A stretch of DNA of 64,000 bases from Isurus oxyrinchus (taxonomy: Eukaryota): the NCBI GenBank assembly GCA_026770705.1, contig JANJGN010000017.1, positions 64,976,001 to 65,040,000 of the forward strand, in the 5' to 3' direction. Made by a program: the position numbers and the translations under genes. Below, in pieces: positions 13,087-25,150 of the stretch (the first letter of the stretch is position 1; the number at the start of each line of letters is the position of its first letter). The notes under the pieces are model-generated. The model was not told where the DNA came from and did not search any database. It saw only the letters and a program-made list of their open reading frames with translations.

Positions 13087-14319
13087 TGGTGAGAATTACT
13101 CACAGGAACCACATCATCAAAATAAAAAGCAGATTGGATTTTGGTTAGCTGTATAAGGATCTACAACACATTATTTGTAACTCCCTTTAGAAAACTATAA
13201 GTTCTCTGCCCTTTCACTGCTCAATTGTTCAGCTGCTTGTCCATAAATCTCTTGCTTTATGGTTCCCTGGTCACCTTATTCAGCACATATAGTTTTGTGT
13301 GGAGATGGGGAACTGCAGTGCTGCAAAATTATAGAGCATTAACTGAAAGCTGAAGGAGAGAATGATTCTTTTGCCTGAATTTTGCTGGGAGCTGAAGGAA
13401 AAAAGCAGATATAGGATACTGTGGGAATAGAATAGCCTACTAGAGAAGCAAGTGGGGAATGTGGAAATGGAAGAGCTGCAATATAGGGATGGAAAATGTT
13501 GCATTTTTACATTGTAGAAGAAGACAACAAAGACATATTATGTGAATAGTAAGTTAGAAGGAAAGTGTTAGATGAAATGTAGATTGACACCAAACAAGGA
13601 TGGTTAAAAATGAACAGAGTAAAAGTGAAATTAACAGAGGGAAATGATGGCTGTGATCCAAAGTACACCTCAATTAGCTGAATGGTCTTTCCTCTTGGTG
13701 TCTATCTGTTCTTGCTGAAGAGAGGTATGAAAATAAAAGAGGATTATAGAAATTGAAAGGAAGAAAAACTGAGCACAAAACACAGAAAGTAATGGGTAAA
13801 TTAGGGCAAAGCAAAGTTACGGGGAGAATTAGTTAAAAGAATAACCTGTTGGACAAATCCTTTAAACACTAAACAACAAATCATTGCATTTCTGTAAGTG
13901 CCTGCAGCAATAGAACAAGACTGCAGAGTGTTTCATGGATTGGATAAATTAAAGTAGACATTTGGTGTTTTTCATAGTGAGAAAGCAAACACATTATGCT
14001 GGTCAAAATTGTTGAGGAAAAAATTGACACACACATCTTTTTTTCTTAATAACCATCAATTAGAACCGCTGTGACTGTGGAGGGTAATTTAACACTTGTA
14101 ATTAGAATCTGTGAGCTGGGCAACATCATTTCAGTCACAAGTGAGAGGCAGTTTTAGAAATCTGTACAAGAATAACCAAAAACAAAATTCATGTCAGCAC
14201 AAAGCTGGGTGTGTGCAGGGTAGAGTTTGAGTAAGTTTGTGATTTTGTTTCCATGATGCGGTCTTAAAGTGCAAAATTGTAATCATTTTTTAATATGAAG
14301 CATTAAATTGAAATACCTC

Positions 14320-14505
14320 TAATGTATTAAAACACCCCAAGATGCATCACAAGAATGTTATCAAACAAAATTTGACAGCAAATTACATAAGGAGAAATTA
14401 GAGCAGATGATCAAAAGCTTGGTCAAGGAGGTAGGTTTTAAGGAACATCATAGAGGAGCGAGGTAGAGAAACAGGAGAGATTTAGGGAGGAAATTCCACA
14501 GCTTA
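14320..14505 (-). mobile_element. L2 3' tail fragment
   Basis: caaaagcttggtcaaggaggtaggttttaagga...tttagggaggaaattcca, the typical antisense L2 tail. Confidence 0.7.
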
Positions 14506-15074
14506 CAGGGAAACCCTCTGATGTATGCAATTATTTTCCCCTTTTACATTTCAATTAATGAATCCTGAGAGTTTCTAAATCCATAGGATATTTGACGGGT
14601 TCCGATGACCTAACAAGCAGCAAGAGCAAAATTGAAGAGCTTGAGAACTTCTCATCTATAACCTGAGGCAGGATCGCTGCCTTGAAATCATTCCAAGGCA
14701 GCTGTCATTTTTAAAATGACATATCCCGCGGACTTCACTATATGGTTCCATTCGGCCATGGGCCTGCTTTGTGATAAAATAAATCCACGGTCTCCATCAC
14801 ATGACTGAAAGTGCAATAATCCTCAACATCAAAGTGTTAATGACTCTTGTTAATTCCATTAACAGTTTATATTTTAATTAAACATGGATGAATAAAATGT
14901 CGATGTTTTAATATTAATGACAATATATTATCAATAATCAAATATTATATCAAGTTAGACACAAATATGTGGAAAGGCAATCTGGCATTTTAGCTGAACA
15001 AACCACATTTGGAATAAAGCCAAGTTGGCTGCAATGTTTGTTATTTAACTGGGATTATCAAGTATATATATATA

Positions 15075-15500
15075 ACAAAAACTTGCATTTATATGCTGCC
15101 TTTACTTTGGTAGTGTCCCAAAATCAGAGAAAAATTAACACCAGCCCAAGGAAGGAGGTATTAGGACAGATGGCTGAAGTTTTGTCAAAGAGATAGCTTT
15201 ATCATAAAGGTGAACAATGGGAGAGGTTTCGGGAGGAGATTTCAGAACTTGGTACCTGGACAGCTCAAAGAACAGGAACAAACAAACAAAGAACTTGCAT
15301 TTATGTAGCACTTGCATGTTCTCTGGGTGCTCCAAAGTGCTTCATGCCAATTAATTACTTTCCAAACGTAGTCACAATTGTTTTGTAGGCAAACACAACA
15401 GTCAAGTTGTCTCATCAAATGGTGCCAGGATATTGTTTATTCCAGAACGCCATGTTGATGGCCTCAGTTAAGCATATCAGTTAAGACAGCAACTCTGAAA
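15075..15500 (-). mobile_element. L2 tail followed by a Deu-domain SINE tail fragment
   Basis: Two acttgcatttat(a/g)t tail starts (~15081, ~15293), followed by L2-tail and DeuSINE-like sequence. Confidence 0.6.
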
Positions 15501-16499
15501 AATGGCAGAAGTGTAAATGCTGAATTATGCGCAACAGAGATGCCTCAGGGTTAATCTTACCAAATTCCATGGGCTCTGGAAGAAGTCATCTCTGTTGGGA
15601 TATCAGTGATGGGTGCCTGTGCCAGTCAAGGCCCATTAGCGGTGGCCACCCAATAGAGAAATCAGAAAGCTCATCCAGAGAATAGCCTGCCGGTAGGAAA
15701 TACTGGGCTCTCCTTTAACAGAAACAGTAATTTGCTGCCCCCATTAGAAGCAGGTCATTTTAAAATATTTTTATATAAAAAGTTAGGAATATTTCTTCAG
15801 GGGCCAGAGCCACGATGATGACCTCCACCATCACCTCCATCCTTATCCTTGGATCCTAGACCAAGTTCCCCTGAGGGAAGGTAAAATGAGAATTTTCAAT
15901 GTAGGGAGTCCTTCCCTCTCCATGCACACCCTCACCCAACACCACCCCCCCCCCCCCCCCCCCCCCCCCCAACCCAAACTCTGCCTTACCCTCACCACCC
16001 TCTATTTGTTTTTGGGAAATGAACAATTTGCTGCTTGTACATTCAATGTGTAAACAATGCTGTGTCCCCTCCTTGGCCTCCCCCTGGTGCATTTGCGTCT
16101 TTTTGATAAAGCTTTAATTTAGCACAGTCGTCTGGAATTTTGGCAATTCCAGTTGCAGCAGCACATTGCAGGTAATCAAATCCGGACAATCAGAATCCCT
16201 TTGGAAAAGTGGTCCTTTGGGTACAATATTTACATAGTGCTTCATAGATTGGATGAAGATTACCAATTTATGAGGGCACAACACCGTTGGGTCCAAAGAC
16301 ACCTCAGAGGCTAAACTCATTATTGTCAACTCAAGTACTTCCTCCATCAGTTTTCACTACTGCCATATCTTTGCTGGAAGTTCACCAGAAATCCTGTTGG
16401 CACTAAACTTCTGCCTGTGTTCTAATGGCAGTGAGGAGTGGGAGGAATTCTTGGCACTCATGTTTATAGACAATACTATTTCTATCTGGTTCTGCCAAG

Positions 16500-17400
16500 C
16501 TAGTTAAGGAAATTTATAACTTTCATTTTAGCTCATCATATCCAGAAAAACCCTAAAGTTCCCACATTGCCATTTCCAATAGTTAATTGATTTGTGGGTA
16601 TTTGCCTACACTGCTTTACCAGGACTCCATTTTGTATATTGATCACTCTTTGTATGAAAAACTTCCTTGTATCAGTCCTTAAAATTGCCATTCACTAATT
16701 TGCACTTGTGTTCCCTTGACCTATTGTCACAAGTTGGTTTAAAGCAATTATTCCAATTTACCTCTTGCATATTGCTTGTTATCTTGTGTACTTTTATAAG
16801 ATCACCTTCTCAGATACCTCTGCCAGCTTCAAAGGCTCAGGTTTCTGCAGTCATTCCTCATGAGCCAGACCCCTTGACACTCAAGATCAGCTTTGTGTCT
16901 CTTCTTTGCACTGCCTCCAATCCCTCAATCAAACCCTTGTGTTGTCAAGATCAGAACTGGATATAATACTCAAGGTGTGGTCTGGCCAGGGCATTGTGCA
17001 TGACTGACTATAACTTGTACTGTTTGGGCTGTATAGTTCAATATTCTGCTGACTTTGTTGCTTGTTCATCTGCATTGGCTGGTTGCATTAAACATTAAAT
17101 CTGTTAAAGGCCCACGTCTTTTGCAAATTCATCCTTATCTATTATTACCTTGTGTTTGGAGTCATTTTTCTCCTTCCTATGTGCCAAAATTTACATTTGT
17201 CTGATTAAATTTCATCTCATTGCTCTCCTCATTTGCACAAGTTGTCCAACTCTTTCTGTGATTTCTGGGCCACCTCCCTCTATTCCATTGTTCCCCGCTA
17301 CTTTGTGAAGCTGTAAAATTAATCAAATTGCATTGAGTTTTCAAGTCATTGCTGCGTAATCATGTTCATAATACTGAGCCCTGGGGACCCCCATCTAATA
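16500..17400 (-). mobile_element. Old CR1 LINE fragment
   Basis: cagaactggatataatactcaaggtgtggtctggccagggcattgt encodes an LVRPHLEY-like motif on -. actgagccctggggacccc encodes GVPQGSV. Confidence 0.7.
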
Positions 17401-17827
17401 GACCTCACTGACAAGCTGTTCCCCTTTCTACTCTATTACCTATAACTACCCTGAATTCCCACATCTAGCAGCAAGCTGTAAAAGATTTGGTAAGATTTTG
17501 CATTATTCTTCGTTGCACAAACCTCTGTCATATTATTAAGAAAATGAGTCATTGGAGAATAAATACAGAGTCTACACCTTTCTGAGGAAAGTTGGCTGGA
17601 ATCATTCCATTTATTATAGGTGAATGCACAGCATGCAAGACGCAGACCAATAATTAATGACTGAGAGTTTGTAGTTCACGGCGAAGTGACTGCGATTGCC
17701 ATTGATGTTGAAAAAGGTTGCCCACAAAGATCTAACAATCTCTCTCATGTGGATTTCACCTTTCATTATGTTAATTTCATTCTGGCACCAGCTGTAGGTG
17801 TCCACTGGCCTCCATCAGACACTGATG

Positions 17828-18505
17828 GGGCTGGATGTTATGGTCCCCCGTCAGCATGTTTGAAGTCAGGGCAGGTGGGGGGGGAGGGCTTTGCCTGCCT
17901 AATGCCTTCCCACCCACCCTGACCTGTCTCCCACTTTACGGGCAGCACAATGGGCGTCAATTAATGGCCACTTATATGCCTCTTTCCACTGCCACAGTGA
18001 ATTTCCCTGCGGCAGGGTGATGCCCATACCAAGCGTGTATACCGACAGATTTTAATGCATGAGCTGATGTCAAACAAGAAGGAGGGGGCCTCCTATGGGG
18101 GTCCCCTGTGCCCAACGGAGGCATAGCCCTCACCCCCCCCTCCCCCACGCCCCAACCAAGGTCATACCCCAGGTTAACCCAGCCCCTCCTCACTCAACCC
18201 CTTTGCCGGGGTCCCCAAGCTGGGACCCACCGGTACCCCCGGAAATCCAGCCTCCATAACCTCCACTTCCTTGGGGAATGGCTATTGTGCTGGTAGTGGC
18301 TACTACTCGAACCTGACGCTGTTGGGACTACAAAGCTGCTGGTCAATTGGATTGGCCAGCCACTCCTCCGCAAAAAGGGGCAGAAGTCTTACCCTGAACC
18401 AATTAACGTGCCGCCGAGCAGGGCAGCTGGGTTTTTCATGGGCATCTCCCACCCAACATTTCAATCATCGGTGGGGGGAATATGGTGCCCCATTAAATCC
18501 AGCCC
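17828..18505. mobile_element. Harbinger-type MITE
   Basis: TIR gggctggatgttatgg / ccattaaatccagccc. TSD ATG. Confidence 0.8.
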
Positions 18506-18795
18506 ATGGCACCAAGCAGGCTAAATCGTCAATCATGTTGATGAATTCTTACAGACAGCAAACCATGAAGTAACAAGCACTGATTATCATTTCCTTTTTA
18601 ATCATTTTACTGACAGCAAAATAAAGCTTGGGGCATTCACATGGGATTAAGGTAGTATCTAAAATATCATAAACTTCAGAAAAAATAGTTTTTATTATTT
18701 TAAAAACCTTCAGATTTTTTTACATCAACATGGAGTAATTTGACAAACCTAAAATTAGTGTTTCAGAGCCAGAGAGGTGGTTCACGAGTAATTCT

Positions 18796-19550
18796 GGGCA
18801 GAATTTTATGGGAAATGAGTAGGTGGTGTAAGCGGAAATGGAAGTGGGTGTATCATCAGCTTCTGCCTAGTCCCCTCATCCTGCAGCAATTTAACATCCA
18901 CCAGTGTGTTAATTGCCAAGGGGCAAGACTTCTGCCCCCAACTGGGAAGCAGGACCCACCTGTAAGAGCTGCCGCCCATTCAAATGACTGGCAGCTCCCT
19001 GGTCCCAGCAACACCAGGAGCAATGGCTACTGCTGGGACTGCAGCAGACCACAATGGGGATTGTCGCTGAAGGCACATGGAAAGATAAATGAGCGGGGGA
19101 GGTGGATATTACTGGGGTCAGGCTGGCAAGTGGGTCGACGGCAATATGGGGCCCAGGTCAGGCAGGGTGGTGGGGGAGGGGGGGGATGCGAAATGTGGGG
19201 ATGCTCAAAGCAGGGGGACCTCTGATGGAAACAGGAGGTACCTCCACTTGCTGCCAAATGCCCGAGCAATGTTATCTGCCAGGTTCCCCACCTGTTGCTG
19301 GTCTCAGCCTGCGGTCCCTGAAATAGCAACAGAGGCAGGAAGTAACCCTTAAGTGGCGATTATTTGGCCACTTAAGGGCCTTAATTGACACAAAGGTAAG
19401 TGGGCCACCCAATGCCTCCCTCGCTGCTTATAAAATTGCAGCGGGGTCAAGGATAGGCAGGTAGGTGCTAGGAAAGACAATAATGCATTTTATAGACATT
19501 CCCACCCCCCGCCTGAAAATCTGTCTGTAGGGGGGTGTAAAATTCTGCCC
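18796..19550. mobile_element. Harbinger-type MITE
   Basis: Perfect 13-bp TIR gggcagaatttta / taaaattctgccc. TSD TCT/TAT. Internally related to 17828-18505 in the opposite orientation. Confidence 0.85.
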
Positions 19551-19598
19551 TATGACTTTGTATGGTGTTAAAAATTCATTTGCACCTGTTGCACAAGT

Positions 19599-20447
19599 TG
19601 TACTATTAGAAATAGAGTTGATTTGCAGGCACTTCTTAAGTGGAAATATTAAGTTTATTTACAATATACTCAACAGAAACTACACGTGCTTTCAACTCCA
19701 ACTCAACCTCTATACTGACTGCTGAGGTAGCCAAAGCTACTCTCCTATTGGTTACTACTGATCATGTGATCTTTCCTAACGAGTATTATTCTTAAAGGTA
19801 TATCACACAAAATAAAACCATAATTATTATATTCTTCCCCCTTTAATTTGGCTATACATATTATTTACAAATATATATATTTTCAAGACAACGTAATATT
19901 TACACTGAGTAAGGAATTTACATGTTCAGTCTTTCAGGTGGTTTCCTGATACGTGTGGAACGTTGCAGCTCCACAACTTCAGATTCTTTGTCAGGAACCT
20001 CATTTTCCCGAGTTGCCTGAATATCAGGTGCTTTGGTGGGCACTTGCCATTCTGTATCCTCAACTCTTACAGGAAAATCAGACATATCAGACCTGGGCTG
20101 AGCAACTTCAGGAAACACAGACCCGGTCATGGTCACTGGTGGAACCAAATCTTGGTGCTTTGTCTCTCTCTTCCTTAAATGGTCCACATATTTACAGGAG
20201 ATCCGGCCTTCCACCTCCACGCGGTAAGATAGATGTCCATTCACCGCACTTATTTCACCCAGAAACCACTTTGGTCCTTCCCCAAAGTTTTTCACGTACA
20301 CCAGCTCTCCCACGGTAAATTTTCTCTTGTGACTATGCCAGTCATGTCTAGTTTTCTGGCTTCCCTGCATCCTTTCCATTTACCCCTCTAAATTTGGCAT
20401 TATTAAGCTCAATCTCGTCCTGAGACAGCGTTTCAACAATAACTCTG
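19599..20447 (-). mobile_element. Gypsy LTR retrotransposon 3' remnant (integrase C-terminus, PPT, 3' LTR 19599-19831)
   Basis: RKFTVGELVYVKNFGEGPKW..G.I....G.LSYRVEV...VDHLR...LQRSTRIRKPPERL. PPT aaagggggaagaa abuts the LTR. Confidence 0.85.
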
Positions 20448-20599
20448 CTAAATACCAGAAGTTGCTGTCAGTTTCACAGGGTAACGTTGGCAAATGCTGA
20501 CGGTTTCATTGTCGTCACAACTACAAGAGCAGGGCCTATATCACAGAGTTAGCATCCAAGCAGTAAACAATGTAGAAGCGCTGAAGAACGGTAGACTTA

Positions 20600-21888
20600 G
20601 GCCGGGATTTTCCATGCCCACCAGCGTCAGGCATGCTCAGTGGCATGAGCAGACAACATGGTGTGATCAGTTTCACGACAGCATAAAGCCAGTTCGTGAT
20701 CGTCCGCTCAGCCCGCTGATGGCGTGCTGCATTCTCCCCCAACGAACGTTGGAAGCCTCATTGTAATACATCAGCATATCATATTAGGCCAGCCCGCCGG
20801 AGTCAGTCCCCTGCTCTTCCCACCCCCCCCCCCCACCGACAACTGCTGGATTGTCCGGCCACACCGGTGGGAAGACACGCCAACGTGTTTCACAACACAT
20901 AAGCGACGTGCGCATGGCGGGCTGCACTTTGCTTGGGACTTCAAGGTTTGTTTGCCTACCTTGCTTCAGTCAGCACTCACAGTCATCAGTGCCAGGATTC
21001 ACAGACAGCACCACATCACTTTTAGTGGGGGGGCTCACGGGCAGATCTCTACCTACTTGATCAGCCATATTTGGGTGGCTTTTCAATGGCTGCAGGGCTA
21101 GGGCTTGCTTGGAGAAGGGGGAGAAGCAGCCTAACGTAAGGGAAAAGAGGCTGCAGAATGAGGGCTGTATTGGGGAAGGAAGGTATCCCAGGGTGTGTGT
21201 GGGGGCACATGTTGATCTGTGCAAGTGGCCTCAAGATGGTGAAGGCTGAGGAGGCAGTCTCCAGAGGACATAAGGCCAAATGGACTTGGGAAGGTATGTG
21301 TGTGAGAATGGGTGGGTGCTGTCCCTTGAGCTGGCAGTGAGTGAGATGCCAATGAATATGTGATGGGTTTGTGTGTGTGAGTTTAGAATGCTGAGATGGT
21401 TGTCATACCTTAGCGGTACAGATAAGATCATTCATCCTCTATCTGCATTGAATGGCCAACCTCTTCTGTGCATCATTGGCACTGATCACCATGGCCATTG
21501 GCTACCAAGCTGGAGTGGTAATGTTGCTGCTTCTGCGGCCAGAGTGAGGACATCACAGTGGGCCTCCATGGCGTCCAAAGGGTGCTCAAGGGCTGCAATT
21601 TTCTTGCCTTTTGGGGCCATGTCTTCTTTGCTGCAGTCCTGGGCTGGAAGCACTGAGCGCAGTTGTACTTTAAATGTGGTGCCTGGTGTGATGAAGCAGC
21701 GAGGCGATAACTTAGCAGGAGAATCGGAGCCTGTCCGCCATGGAAACAGCATGTTTCCCAGGAATGCATAAATAATGTGGCGGATTGGGGATGATACGGT
21801 GTGAAAACCCACCATCGCGGCCAATGGGTAAAACATTGTTTTACCCATGTGCTACCGCACTTAGTGCAAATCTGGGACAATTCTGCCC
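20600..21888 (-). mobile_element. Non-autonomous Harbinger derivative with a Myb/SANT exon-1 remnant
   Basis: TIR ggccgggattttcc / gacaattctgccc. TSD TTA. Minus strand MAPKGKKIAA..LEHPLDAMEA..DVL...IQCR.RMNDLICTAK|gtatga. Confidence 0.8.
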
Positions 21889-22121
21889 TTAGTCTCTGAT
21901 GTATGCACATATCATACTATATTAATCTATATAATTTATTAGAGATTATTTCTACACCTTAATGTGGAATTTAGTTTGAGGAGTAAAGAAAGTAAACAAC
22001 ACAGACATGCCGATCATGATATAGAATAACAAATGAAATTCCAGAATGTTGGGATTTGTAGGAAAGGATGCTGAGGCATTTTTGAAAATGCCAAAAAAAC
22101 TCTTTCTTTGTTTATTCTTAA

Positions 22122-22265
<144 letters not shown>

Positions 22266-22514
22266 TAAGTTTCCATCAGATAACCTCATGGAACATAAAA
22301 GAAAAATTGAACACTGGAACATTAAGACGGAAGCAAAGAGCCAGATATGGAGCCTGTATGTTGTGTATTGGCTCACCCTGACATCTCACACCTCTGTCTC
22401 TGTCTCTGATATAACTTAGGCTTCTAATACATTCTAGCCTCCATTCTCTCTGATTACAGTCTGTCCTATTTTCTGTCTGATACAATCTAACCTCTTTTTA
22501 TTTATCCTAATTCA

Positions 22515-22725
22515 TTACTCAGAGAGTAGTTATAATGTGGAACTTGCTACCAGATGGAGTAGTCGAGGCAAATGTCTTAGATGGATTTAAGTGGAAGCTA
22601 GATAAGTACATAAGGGAGAAAGGAATAGAAGGATCTATTTATAGGATTACATGGAATAGGGTGAAAGAACAGCATAGACCACTTTGACTGAATTGACTGT
22701 ATTTGTGCTGTAAATTCTATGTAAT
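22515..22725 (+). mobile_element. CR1 3' end fragment
   Basis: actcagagagtagttataatgtggaacttgctacc...tttaagtggaagctagataagtacat. Confidence 0.7.
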
Positions 22726-23814
22726 ACTCTGATGATCTGATATGCATTTATCTTTGGCTTCATTTACTCATTTGGTTCCATCAAATATTTATCCCCCCAG
22801 TTTGCTGCAATCAGCCAAGGGATCTGGTCATTTCGCTCATTGTTAGAAAAACAGGAACCAATACCTTAGCCATTGTAGATCTTGGCGTTTAATTGAGGAC
22901 CAGCGGCAAAAAATAAGGCCTCGGAACTAAAATACTCCAGGCCTGAAACTTTGGCGTCCCAGAACCTGTACTGGGTTCAAATCAGGGAGAAACAGGGAGA
23001 GACAAAATACTTCAATTCTTTATTTAATGCTTTCCATTCTGGGAATAAAATGGGCCGCTCTTATAGAAATTTGGAGAAATTTATGGAGCAGTTATATACA
23101 GGATTTAGGCTAGCTTCAGATTGAAAGATGCAGTGAATTCGAGTGTGGTCTGGCAGATCTTCAGTAGGTAGATCTCTGTAGGTACTGGGTTTTGTTTCCA
23201 TTTAGAGGTAACAAAGTACAATAGCTGTGATGCCAGGGCTCTTCACATATTTTTGAGGGCAAGGAAGGGTTGTTATTGTTGCGTAGATGAGGACATGGCT
23301 CCTCCATGCATCATTCATACTCAACCAGTATACACTACATACAGAACTCATGAACCATATAATAACACTGTGAAGTCTTTGCAATGTTCATGAAATAAAA
23401 GCATAGGCATTCTATCTCCAGTTAAAATAAAATGCCCCTCTTAGAAGCGCATATAACTGCCAATCAAATACATAACCATTAAAACTCCGATTGATAACTA
23501 CTCCCTCCTGTCACATGTTCATTAATCTGTCAATATAAACAAACAGCAATTCAAAAGCCTCTTCAAAATATGTAATCCTATTAGCTTCTCATAAAACTGC
23601 CAATCAAACAAAGTACACAGTCCTCTCCACAGCTGTGTCAACAACTCTTGCTGAGCTAAATCCCTTAGTGTGGTTTGGAACTCGCAACTCACCATGCTTC
23701 CTGACCCAGGGAAATTGGCGGCTGTCGTGAATGACCTACTAAGTACAAATTTGTAGGCCCTGATGCCTCCAGTTTGGCCCTCCCAATGCAGGTTTGCATA
23801 GTATCAGGGGGGTA

Positions 23815-23975
23815 AAATCCAGTCCCTGGAACTCATCACCTAACACCGACATAACAACACCTGCAGCACAAGGATTTAAGGAGGCCCACCATCAACTTCT
23901 CAGGGAAACTAGGGGTCATGGGCAATCAATGCAGCCTTACTATTATGGCCCATATCCTGAGAATGAATATCTGAT
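23815..23975 (+). mobile_element. 3' tail fragment of the 48220-51451 LINE family
   Basis: ggcccaccatcaacttctcagggaaactagg...tgggcaatcaatgc...cccatatcctgagaatgaat. Confidence 0.65.
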
Positions 23976-24825
23976 AAATTAGACAAGATAATGAATAGCT
24001 AAAGTGTTTAGAGCACTGGTCATCATTTGGAAGAATTTGTCTCTCTAAGAGGTTGTCTCTGGGATTTTGTGAGAGTGTAATATTGAAACTGGGGAGAAGT
24101 GACCTGATGATCATGACTTACCTTTTATAGAGGTGGTGGTAAGGAAACCATTTATATAAACAAGTTACTGTCGAGAACATGACCACCCAGACAAGGGAAA
24201 AATCTTGCAGTGTATGGAAAATGGCAAATCAAAGAGTTTGGAAAGACTGAAGATGCAATCAGACTGTTAACGTCCCAACTGTATGCTTGAGCAATAGATT
24301 TGTTAGTAAAGCTTTCCCAGCATTTTGTGGAAAAGTAATATGTCTAAGTTACAGATCCCTGCAATCTAGATAGCAATCCAAGATTACTTCCAAGATTTTC
24401 AGTATAACCCATATTATAAGCATAGTATATCCAGAGATGATGATTGGGTTGAAGGCTTTTATGCTAATGTGCAATATGATTTTGAACAGTTGGTAAATTG
24501 AATGATTTATTCAAGAGCTAAGTAATTCAGTATGATGTTTACAATGTTTCACTACATTACTTACTAAAGAGTTAAAGTGTTGATGGATTTCTCCATTCTG
24601 TTTCATTGATATATTAATAAGCTGAACAATCCAATTGTCTTCCTGTTGTGGGTAAGAAAGTTCAAGAAAAATTCTGAGAGTCTGGGTTTGCAATAGGGTT
24701 TGTATTGTTGAAGCCTAAAATTGAATGAGAAGAAGAGAAGTTAAATATAACTGGAGCCTGTTTATTCCCAAGAGAAAAGAAATCTTGAGCGTGTTTCTAG
24801 GTTTCAAAATGCTCTCATGCATAAA

Positions 24826-25150
24826 TCACACTGACCCAGCACCCACCTCATTAATGTCTATATGTAACACTGCATCAGTACTGTACACACATCACACTGA
24901 CTCAATATATACCTTGTTGATGTCTACATATAACACTGCTCCAGTACTGTACACATATCACACTTAGTATGTAACTTGTTGATGTCTACATTTAACACTG
25001 CACCATTACTGTAACACATCACACTGACCCGGTAAGTACTTTGTTGATGTTTATATCAAGCACTGCTCCAGTACTGTACCCATATCACATTGACCCAGTA
25101 CGTACCTTGTTAATGTCTGTATAGATCACTGAACCAGTGTTGTACACACA
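24826..25150. repeat. Minisatellite, ~5 copies of ~66 bp
   Basis: Unit approximately tcacactgacccagtacgtaccttgttgatgtctacatataacactgctccagtactgtacacata. Confidence 0.85.

Noticed and set aside
15945-15970. 26-nt poly-C (and poly-G at 55181-55206) as functional G-quadruplex elements
   Set aside because: They are homopolymer expansions within GC-rich repeat remnants, and their lengths are unreliable in assemblies.
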